From NCBI GenBank assembly GCA_964057225.1, contig OZ059898.1, positions 14,322,001 to 14,386,000 on the forward strand: a stretch of DNA of 64,000 nucleotides, in the 5' to 3' direction. Positions 53,901 to 64,000 of the stretch are shown here, in pieces. The position numbers and the translations under genes were made by a program. The stretch's first letter is position 1. Every line of letters begins with the position of its first letter. The notes under the pieces were generated by a model. The model was given only the letters and a program-made list of their open reading frames with translations. It did not search any database and had not been told where the DNA came from. The DNA comes from Auanema rhodensis. Its lineage: Eukaryota; Animalia; Nematoda.

Positions 53901-56900
53901 TATAAAAAAATGGGATGAGAGAGAGAGAGATAGAAGGACTGAATGAGAGAGAAATAGAGAAACGTGAACGAGTCGGGTAAGGCATGTGGACGGAAAATGA
54001 AAGAGTAGGTCCATCATCACTTAGTCAGGTAAGACAGGTAGGAGGATAACATGATGAGGCATGTAGTTGTGGGCCATCTCAAGTCAGTTATTTGGCGGGG
54101 ACGAGGGGGCTTGGGGTGCTGTTTTAGGCTGATAATAGTGGAAATATAACTGAACTTCTCACCATTAATTTTCTTTTTTTTTTAGTTGTGTGATGTTGTT
54201 AGGAAGGAAAGATGGGATGGGAGTGAGTTAAAGGACTGTGGGAAATACAGAGAAGAGGGAGGGAGGGAGGGAGGGAGGAAGAGAATGGCTATGAGAGGGA
54301 AGCAGAAAGCAAATTCAAAGAGAGTATTGAGGAAGACAATCTGTCGTTTATGCCATTATAAAAGAAAAAAGTGTCTGGACATGATGATGACCTATTGAAG
54401 GATGTGACCTAATCATGTCAATACTATGTATATTTAGTATTGATTAGAAAAGAAGCATAAAAGGTTGTTTGTTCATGAGGATGATGAGACGGAAGTTGGC
54501 TTGAGATAAATCGAGTTTGAAACAGTGCAACAAACTTGAAACCTGTTGAGCAGTTTCACATATGATGACTGAAGCATAACAGGTGTTCGGATGGGTGAGG
54601 TGAAACAAACTAAACTGTATATCTCTTCTGGGGTTGTTTGAAGATTTTTTGGAAAAGGAAACGGATGGAGAAGGTCATTTATGGGGTTACATATGGAAGG
54701 ATGAAGAAATAAAGGAGGAATGGTAAGATAGAAAGAAAGAAAATGAGAGTGCTGATATAGGATTGTGAGGAGAAAATGAAGGTTTTGGAAGAGAGGAGGG
54801 AGGGAAAGAAGACTAAAACAAGATGGAAAAAGATAGAAAGGAGAATAGAACTTATCGGAGAATAATGTTGAAAAGAAAAGTTTTATGCTGTTTATGTAGT
54901 AAAATTATTTTTAAGAGATATGCCGGCTTTTTGGACAAAGAAGAGAGAGAGAAAGAGAGAATAAGTGAAAGTAAGAGAAAGTGAGAGAGCAAGTTGCGAG
55001 TAGGCTGTAAGGATGTATGTGAAGAGAGGCTGGAGAAGTCCGAAAGACCTTTTGCCATCGGTCAGTTGAAAAGAAAAAAAAGGAAAAGGAAGGAAATTTC
55101 ATGTGTACAAATGATATGTATGACTTGCTCATGGTCAAGGAAAATGAAAGAAGATGACGTCTTTAATGCTTTTTTTCAATTAAGGAATTGCTATAGCTTC
55201 GTTTTTTTGTCACAGTTGTTAGGATGGCATGGTAATGGCACATGAAAGACTTGAGAAGATGGCTAAAGGTGGGGGGGGGGAGAGGAAAGGTGATGAAAGC
55301 AGTAGTAAGAGGGCAGAAGGCGGAGGAGAAGAGTATTATGATGAGATGGCCAGGCTGGAGATAGGCATAAGCACAGACTATAGCATGCGGATTGTTGAAT
55401 TGAAAACGAGAAGAGATTATGGAATATGAGATGAGAGGGATGAAAAAATTCAAAAATATATAAATAATATAGTATAAAGTTAACTTATATGTCGATTGTT
55501 TTATTGAATTTCTTGTGGTGGTTGAGATGAAAATCATCTGGCACACAACAGCCTATTGGCAAAACTGAATACATTGAATGCTAATGTGTTGATGATAGCA
55601 AAATTGAAAATGAGAGATAATGTGAGAAATCTGGAGTAAATTAGAGTGAGAAAGACTCATAATCGAGAGTGTGCAAGAGAAAAAAACTACAACAAACAGA
55701 TATTATAGTATTAGGAGGACCCAGATTATCGAAGAAAACGTGGTCGAGAAGGAGAGAGAATAGAGAGAGAGAGAGAAAAGTAGTGGGTATGCCCCCTCTC
55801 TTGGGGCGGTAGGGATGTTGGGGAGAGAGGTAGCATAGTTCGCTATCTCCTCCCTCAACACGTGTGACACTTTCTCTGTAGTTGTGCACATCCTTGCCAG
55901 TATGTTCTCTTCTATTGGAGTAGGTGATGGGAGGAAGGGATGGTTTCATCAAGATGTGTGGCTTAAGAGACCAAGATGATGAGTCGTAAGGGTGATGATA
56001 GTGGGTGAAGAGTAGTAATAGGCTAATGAGACACGTGTCGTATACGTGACCTGATCTGTCAATTTTTATTTTTTTTAGTGGTAATGTGGTTGTATGGAAC
56101 GGTTGGGGAACTTTCATTCCCATTGGGATAGTAAGAGAAAAGAGGAAAGAGATAGAGAGAGAGAGAAAGAGAGAGGGGGTAGGAAGAGTTAACGGGAAAG
56201 ACAGAGAGAGAGAGAGGGGAAAGGGGTCTAAATAAATGGTTGTGATAATCAAGAAATAGTTTGTTAGAGATTTGTTATCAAATCACAAAAAAAACTGTGT
56301 TTTAATTTATGATCTAGATGACAACTGATCAAATGAATTGAAACTACCAGTTGAGGAAGGAAGAACAAGTCAAAGCATGTAGGAAGGCAAATACTAAAAA
56401 CAACGGAAAAGGGCTGAAAGCAAATTTTAGAAAAGAAAGAAAATGTTATTTGTTTCTGAAACCTGAAAGATAAATCATTCAGTTATTTTTTTTCTCAAAA
56501 AAAGAAAAAAGGCTAAATTGGACCGCATAAGCAACTCGGAGACATTTCGCTTAGCGATGGCTGCAGGGCATAACCGCGTGACACTTGATTCATCATTTGC
56601 TATAGAATTAACTCATAAGGATGAAGCTGAAGCTGGAAAAGTTCTTGAGAAAAAGCATATAACTAGCGGAAATTCACATGAAGATTCTTTTTGAATGATA
56701 TACAAAAGGATAGATGATGATGCGAAATGAATAGTTTCAACATTTTCATTTATTCAGTAAATTAAATATAGAATCAAATTGAAAAATTGAAGAAAAAATT
56801 CTAAAAAATGAGAGAAAATGATCGAAAGAACTCAAGAAGTTTGTGTATTGGCTAACCGATGCAGAGCTAGATGATTAGGAGTATCAAGGCGGGAGAGAGA

Positions 56901-57676
56901 GAGATAGAGATAGAGAGAGAAAGAGAGTTAGTTAGACATGAACGGAATGATGGAGTCCGCTATGACGACGACGACGACGACGACGACGACGATGCAGGTG
57001 ATAAAGAAGACACAGAAGATGATGTGAGGTGGAACAAAAAGGTGGTATTCGATACGTAAACACCTATTGATTATCAGATGAAAATTTTTTTCTTTTCATT
57101 TGCAAAAAAAATAAATAAAAGATTGACTGACGGACAGACAGTAATAAGAAGTTTGTCTAAATGCTGCTGGATGGGCTAGAGATGTTGATACAAAGCTAAA
57201 GAAAGGAAAAACAGATTAGTAAACATCGACCATATTGAGGTTGATCTTCATATAGTATTAAATTTCTACAATTGAAGATTTTCAAGAAAAGTATTGTTTT
57301 GCTTGTCATTCGATGACTGTTCGTAGTATCGTCCTCGTTGTTGTACTCATCATTACGTTTTTTTTTATTTTTTTAAGTAAAAAATGGACAAGAAAACCCA
57401 TCTTAACCATAAAAAACCAATTGGAAATAGCCAAAAGAGTCTAAGGAAATACTTGCAAATAAGAAAAAATGTTGGATAGTTGCCAAAAGAAAGATGCGTG
57501 AATATGGAATGTGATGAGTCCCGTTTGAGCAATTTTTAGGCACATCTCAAGTGATGAAAATGGCCGAAGGGTATTAACCCGAGCATCATTGACTGGTTTG
57601 TAGTTTCATTCTCTCTAGTTTTCTCTTATTCTTGATAGTATATGAATGTGTAGTTATGTATATCTCTCTCCATCTC

Positions 57677-57710
<34 letters not shown>

Positions 57711-58411
57711 CATCTCTCTCTCCATCTCTCTCTTTCTCTCTCTCTCTCTATCACTCTCTCGTTTTCTGTTTCTCTTTTCGCTTTGTGTTTGTTATGGCTT
57801 GATGTTAAGAATGAGAAATTGATGCTTTATGAGACGCTTTAACCGAAAGAAAATAGACAAAGGAAAAGTTTTTAAGAAGAAAAAGAAGAAATGATTTTTC
57901 TATTTTGAAAAAGAAAATTTAAAGTTTTGAAAAATAGTTTAGGAAATAGGACTTCGGATGAGAATGGGAATGATACAGCAATGATCATATAAAATGTTTG
58001 ATTTGTATGGTTTCGAATGAAAGAAAAGACTGAGATTACAGAAGAAATGAGGTAGAGAAGAGAGAGAGCGAGAGACAGAGACAGAGAGCGAGAGAGAGAG
58101 AAAGAGAGAGAGAGACGGACTTAGAAAGGGGGTGAAGATAACGGGAGTGAAAAGAGGTTTTATTGTTTACCGGAAATAGATGTGTAGAACAAGGAAGATG
58201 TTCGAATCAGAGAATTGAAGACAAATGAATTGACGTCGTCAACAAGCAAAAAATTAAAATTTAAGTTTTTAAAAGGTTTGCAACTTTGAATAATACAACT
58301 TAATGTTTAACTTTGTCTCTCATATAAAACTTGAATTGTTGTTGTTAAAATCACAAAGAGAGAGATGCACAAGATTGAGGAATAAAAAATTAGAGAGAAG
58401 GAGAGAGGGAC

Positions 58412-58454
<43 letters not shown>

Positions 58455-60094
58455 GTTAAAGAGAAAGAATAAGTTGAGTATTAGCTTTAGGCTGATGTTT
58501 CAATTCCATTTCACCATTAGAAATATATGACAAATTGTGTGTCATTAAGGAATTCTGATGAGCAGATTGCAGTTGGTAGGATCTGGACGTATTGTATCGA
58601 GCCAGCTGTGATGTACCAGATCGTAGGCTGATGATATCATCATGACTACTAACATCATCATCATCATCGCCATCATCATCATCATCAGCAACACCATCAG
58701 CAGGAACAAACGGCATGATGATGTTGAAGATGATGATCAGAGTATTGTATCAGCAACATGACGTTTGACAATCAAAACATTTTTTTTTATTCTCAAAGGA
58801 GCTATACGAAATACGGAAATAGTATGGATCAAGACTGTTGTTTGGTGTAAAGATCTGTTTCGAATGGCGGTTGGAATAAAAATGTCCTCTAAGTTGAGCT
58901 GATTAAGACAGTAAACTGGTCATTTCAATGTGTAATTTGAGATTATTTCAGATGGTCAAGAGAATATAAGAGCATTAGTTCAATATGTTCAATTAGTTCT
59001 CAAAGCATTTTCAATGGAATTCGTCTGGTTCGTAGCTAAGATAGTCTCCAGAAAGTTTTGTTAGAAGATAAGAAAAAAATAATTTATTTGTCTTAAGACT
59101 TTTAGGAAGAACCGAAAGACAACAAATTACCATGTAAAAGAAGTAAGCAAGTACCATTTGGACACAAGTAGATGAGATGTAGGCGTTTGAACGGTTTATG
59201 CGAGGGAGGGAAGGATTGATACGAAAAAGGGATAGAATAAGATATATGTAAAGAGAGAGAGAAAGAGAGGGGGTGGAAGGGAGTGAATTAGTGAGCGAAA
59301 GAGAAAATAAGATAAACGAGGTTTTGATATACAAGTTACATCAAAAGAGAAATCATTTAACGATGAAAAATTGAAAAGAGATGTTCTTCGGTCAGACAGA
59401 AGAAACTCATCCAACCATCCATCCATCCATCCATTCATCATGCTTCTTCAGACTTTCCAGATGATACTGGTTTAGATATGTCAATTTGAAGAATATGACC
59501 GAGAGACAGACAGGCAAAAAAATGTTTTTTTCATAGTTTTGAGAGAAAAAATTTAGAAAAATTCAAATAGAATGTAGGCATGATGATTTTGAAATTGTAA
59601 ATACATACAGATGGAGCAAACTAAAGCTAGGCAGGATGATTCATGTATGATTATACCATTTTGCATTTGAATCTCACGTGAACTTTGACGTAAAGTGCAA
59701 ATTTAAAACTTCACGTGAGTTAGATAGAGAGACAATGGACGTGTTTTCAATCGTTACGTGAACTTTTATGCAAAGCTCAGTGTGTTTACGTGACCTTTAA
59801 CATGAAAATATTATTAGTAAGATATACAAATAGTATAAATATGGAAAAAATATATATTTAATTATTATATTCCAATTTTGGTACAACGGATTCACGTGAA
59901 TGGCGTAGGTGAATATATTCAGTCATCTGGCTCAGTCATGAGGCCGGAACATCAGGAAATTCTAGGCAGCTGGCTGACATTTGAATTTTACAAACTGCAG
60001 ATTGAAGACCAGACTGTATGAACATGCTTTCGCAGCCGGACAGTCAGTCTAAAAGACTAGCTGACATAATACAGAAATATAAAGAAATACACAT

Positions 60095-60147
<53 letters not shown>

Positions 60148-61850
60148 TGAAAGAGTATAAGTTACATGAAACTATGGGAAGAAGAGAATTAGTCATTTGG
60201 CGGATGGCCATGGATCGTCCCGCCATCGTCATCCTGAGGGTCACTTTCCATAATAGGATCATAACATTACTGGATTCACAAAACGGGCTGGTTTAGGCGC
60301 TAAATTCAAAACTTATTCAAAAATATTGAAATGTATGTAGTTTTGCGTATTGTTTTTTGAATGAAAACAGAAGGAAAAAAAAACATTTTTTCCATTTATT
60401 CTAAGAATTTGCATCATTCAACATACATATATAGAATTCCATATAAAACATGAAAAATATGAAAAAATTATTATTTTTTTTACAAAAAAAAGAAAAAAAA
60501 AAGAAATAATTGAATAATATGATAAAGATATATCTTATTAGTAATAACTACTTTATGATAATTTTAATGGAAAATAGAATAGAATAGCATAGCATATAGT
60601 TGAGAATTGATGGTTAAAACTTCAATATAAGAATAAAGAAAATGGAAATAGTTTCTAATAGTTTCCGTCAATTAAACACGAAAATCAAAGAAATTGAAAT
60701 GTGAAGGATGCAAATGTGAGATCGAAATCGTTTTTTTTTGGATAAACGAGGAGAGTTTTCTCTTCTATTCTCTTATACGATAGAGACCTAGTTAGTAAAG
60801 TTTTTAATGAGAGAACATTTGAAATAAGAAGAAAATAGTCCTGATAGTCTGTTGTATGTTTCATACAAAGGTAATGTACGTTCTCCAAGATTTTTCTTGA
60901 ATACTTTGTACGCGTATTCGGGTAAAATAAAATAAAAAGACAGAAAACTTCAATGTTGTTCCATCAAACACATAGATTACATGTGCATTCTAGATTGGGC
61001 TGCTATATATTCAAGCTATATACTACATATATCTATAAATCTCTTATGTATCTGTATACTGCATAATCATTATAAATTGATTTTTCAGTCAATTTTCTCA
61101 GAAAATCAGTTTAAGAAGTATAACTACTACATATGGTATTATACAAAATAATTATTTACAAGCAATCATATTACTATTATAACTTACGTGTATATAAAAC
61201 TTATATTAACGTTTTATTTTTTATTTTTGATTGTTAAAGATTAATTTTTCAATTTTAGATATTTCTCTTTTTCTTTCTCTCTCTCTCTCTCTCTTTCTCT
61301 ATTTTTGTCAGTTTCTCAAATGCTGTCATCTGATTTCTACGCTCCAATTTGAATATACAAACAATTGAATTTAAGCCTGTTGTTCAGATAACATGAAAAT
61401 GAAAAAAAACTTCTCTTCTCTCTCTCCCTCTCTCTCCCCTCTCTCTTTCTCTCTCTCTTTCTAACAGAACCCACCCTCTACTGTATTTCTTAATAGCATA
61501 ATGTGCTAGTACTACACTCACACGTGTCTATATCTTCAATGCACAATGTAATATGACGAAAAAAAAACTTTATGATTGAGTTAAGAGTTAACTATACTTT
61601 TATATATTCACTCACATAGTTTATACGATATTATTACTTCTATTCAATATGTTCAAATATTTTTTTTGTTTTTTTTTGTTTAAGAAAAAGATGAAATGGA
61701 AACAGCAGAACGTACCGGAATAGTATCCTCGATCCGCTTTGCTTTTTCTGGTGTCACTACTTGAACTGGCTTCTTCAGTTCAGCTGCCTTAGCTAATACA
61801 TCTCGACGAGCTACAGACATTCGACGGATGTCGTCAATACGTTCAGCAAC
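42862..61850 (-). CDS. cgef-1: Dbl-family DH-PH RhoGEF (CGEF-1/MCF2-like); the longest isoform probably extends beyond the window
   Basis: DH domain: VLSEL|[18 protein letters not shown]...VF|[10 protein letters not shown]...[35 protein letters not shown] domain: [12 protein letters not shown]...[17 protein letters not shown]...RFEVW...[11 protein letters not shown] at 42864-42862. Upstream phase-0 exons at 46552-46671 and 61716-61850 ([35 protein letters not shown], similar to the pre-DH segment of Dbl/Dbs). Confidence 0.85.
44766..44820. repeat. (GA)n microsatellite in a RhoGEF intron
   Basis: About 27 perfect AG units. Confidence 0.95.
51836..52000 (-). CDS. cgef-1: Alternative first coding exon of the RhoGEF
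   Basis: ATG at 52000 gives [53 protein letters not shown], ending at a phase-0 GTTAGT donor that is in frame with exon 46552-46671. Confidence 0.7.
56963..56992. repeat. (GAC)n trinucleotide microsatellite
   Basis: About 9 GAC units. Confidence 0.85.
57662..57760. repeat. Compound (CT)n microsatellite
   Basis: About 95 nt of interrupted TC repeats, opposite in orientation to most neighbouring tracts. Confidence 0.9.
59674..59900. repeat. Cluster of TCACGTGA / TTACGTGA units (degenerate repeat or E-box cluster)
   Basis: TCACGTGA at 59674, 59711 and 59892; TTACGTGA at about 59754 and 59786; several are followed by ACTTT-like sequence. Confidence 0.55.
60097..60142. repeat. (GA)n microsatellite
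   Basis: About 23 perfect AG units. Confidence 0.95.
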
Positions 61851-64000
61851 CTGAAAATGGCTAATTAACTTCAATTCCATGACGATTTGAATTTTCAAAT
61901 GAAAATGATTCAAATAATAATGAAAATTCTATTTATTTTTTCTATTGAAATTGAAATTTCCGAATGAAAAGCTTATGTTTGAGGACATAAAAATCTTTTT
62001 TTTCTCCTATTTTTTACAAAATAAGCTGAGATACGGGGATTCAATTAAGCAAATATGCATATACATATACATATCTGTTCATATTTGTATGTTTCATCTA
62101 TAGATTTCAATAAAATCGTTTATAGAGGGAGGAAAAGCTTGTTTTCCTAATATTTCAATGAATGAGGGAGATTGTGACGGATGAATGTTGATATGACATA
62201 CAAAAATAAAATTTGCATAACTAGCTTTGGCATGATGCGCGAAATCGAGCTCGCTGCTGTTGATATTGCTACTTCTGGCTGACTGATGCTATTGACGGTT
62301 TGAACAACAAGGTGCCGACAACAAAAATCGACAATATTCATCAGCTTTGAAACATTGAGAGGGCAAATGTCATTCTCAACTTAAATATTCAAGATGGCAG
62401 TTCAGTCGCAGCCATGTTTCATGTTCATCTTCTCTAAGCATCAAGCTATATTCAGCATTTCGCTGCTATCTATTGTCTATATGGCGAGAGATGCACATGC
62501 TTTAGAAGCTTATTTCCTTGCTAGAAGAAGAAACAAAAAGAGAATTTTTGCAGAAAAAAATAAAGTTTCTTCAATAAGAATATCAAAAATTAGGCGAACA
62601 ATATGTTTTTTCATCAAAACGAAATTAACAAAAAGTGAGAAGTGATTGATAATGAATTAGGGGGAATGCAGAAATCTTAAATTGATTGTTATGATTTGCA
62701 GAATTGAACAAAGATAAAGAATTTTTTTTTCCGAAACATTCGACGATAAGTTGAAACTGAAAACTGGGTCAGACGAGGTTAACGAGACTACAGCGTTGTC
62801 GCTGATTCGGCATCTGATGACCCTTGTCTGTATGGCAGGTAAGACATGAAAGCCTTTGAGAAACATACTGTCAATGATCTGTGTGGAGAGCTTGTTCAAA
62901 AGCGACAGAGCTGGATTTACCAAGAGAGTGAGTGAAAAGGGAGAAGGGGGGAGTATCTTTCATTGGTGACGGCTTTTTCGTCGTCAGCAGCTCAAAAAAA
63001 ATCGAAAAATAGCCAACAGGGAAGAGCTAAGATTAGAATATGTTCATTCTTCTTTCTTTCTTGGTCTCTTTAACTGAGTGGGGGTAATAGCTGCTGAGTT
63101 TGTGAGAGAAAGAGAGGGAGGGAGGGAGGGAGGTCGAATACGTAGATTTGGTATTTTCTCCAATGTAGAGAACAATTCAAAGATCAGAAATGTAGAACAC
63201 AGCTGTTAGTTTTTTGGCTGAATAACCAATATGTTTTGTACTATTAATTAAAAGAAAAAAAACAAGAAAATAGAAGAAAAGAATGAAAAATGTTGGTAAA
63301 CTGAAAGAAAAAGTAAGAAAAGTTTTGATAAAATGTCATTTCAACCTCATGGTACGTACAACTTGATTTTCAACCGAATTCTCAATTAATCTTCAATTTT
63401 TAGTTTCAATCATGAAAAAATAAAATAAAAAATGACAAAGCTGTGAAGAAGTTGATGATGAAAATAAAAATTGAAAGAAATAAGAATTTCAAGAAAAGAA
63501 ACATTTAAGAACATTTGTTGGCATGAGACATAGATTTTCAAATTTTTTGGGCCAAAAATAAGAAGACTATACAGACAATTCTCTTCTAATAAAGATGATC
63601 ATGATGAATGATTCGAGAAAGACGAAGAAAAAAAATTTTGAAAGTTACATTTCAGTTTTTTCACGGTTCAATCATAATGAAAATTGGTGATATGAATGAT
63701 AATTTTGACAAAATATTTTGGTTCTGACACGAAATCTGCACAAAGACTATGAACTTCAGATGGAAAACAATATTCCAGTAAAGCTATTATATGACAAATG
63801 AATCTGAGTCTATGTGTGCGTACATTCATTCGTTTCGTTCGTTCTGAGACGATGATGGGTGATGCTTGGCGATGATGGCTGAATCGGTTGGTGTGGGAAC
63901 GACGTCGATGCTGACAGTCGTGCAAGTCAATTTCGATTCGCTTCATCTCTCAAAACTCATATCTGATCTCAATATTTGCTTTTAAGAAAGCCAATAAGTA

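Noticed and set aside
62147-63946. Short ORFs near the right edge as further RhoGEF exons
   Set aside because: No spectrin or Sec14-like similarity that I can recognise, and no convincing splice sites in frame.

Overview
AT-rich eukaryotic genomic DNA, almost certainly from a nematode (TTTCAG-type acceptors, introns mostly about 40-55 nt, proteins resembling C. elegans genes as I recall them). Gene models were built by hand by joining GT-AG exons, so exon edges are approximate. The first 40 kb is gene-dense, with 13 intron-rich genes: erd-2 (5'-truncated), cah-5-like carbonic anhydrase, SCYL3-like pseudokinase, lim-6, mksr-1/B9D1 with an upstream X-box, rpl-19, an EMSY-like ENT-domain gene, lin-23/beta-TrCP, a GATAD1-like gene lacking the GATA finger, a CYP4-clan P450, asparagine synthetase, and a Ser/Thr dehydratase with an ACT domain. 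The region 40-64 kb holds one Dbl-family DH-PH RhoGEF (cgef-1-like) with multi-kb introns, candidate alternative first exons and many (GA)n tracts. The most interesting observation is that homologues of EMSY and GATAD1, partners in the mammalian SIN3B/KDM5A chromatin complex, lie about 4 kb apart, each head-to-head with a housekeeping gene. I saw no tRNA, rRNA, CRISPR array or intact transposon.
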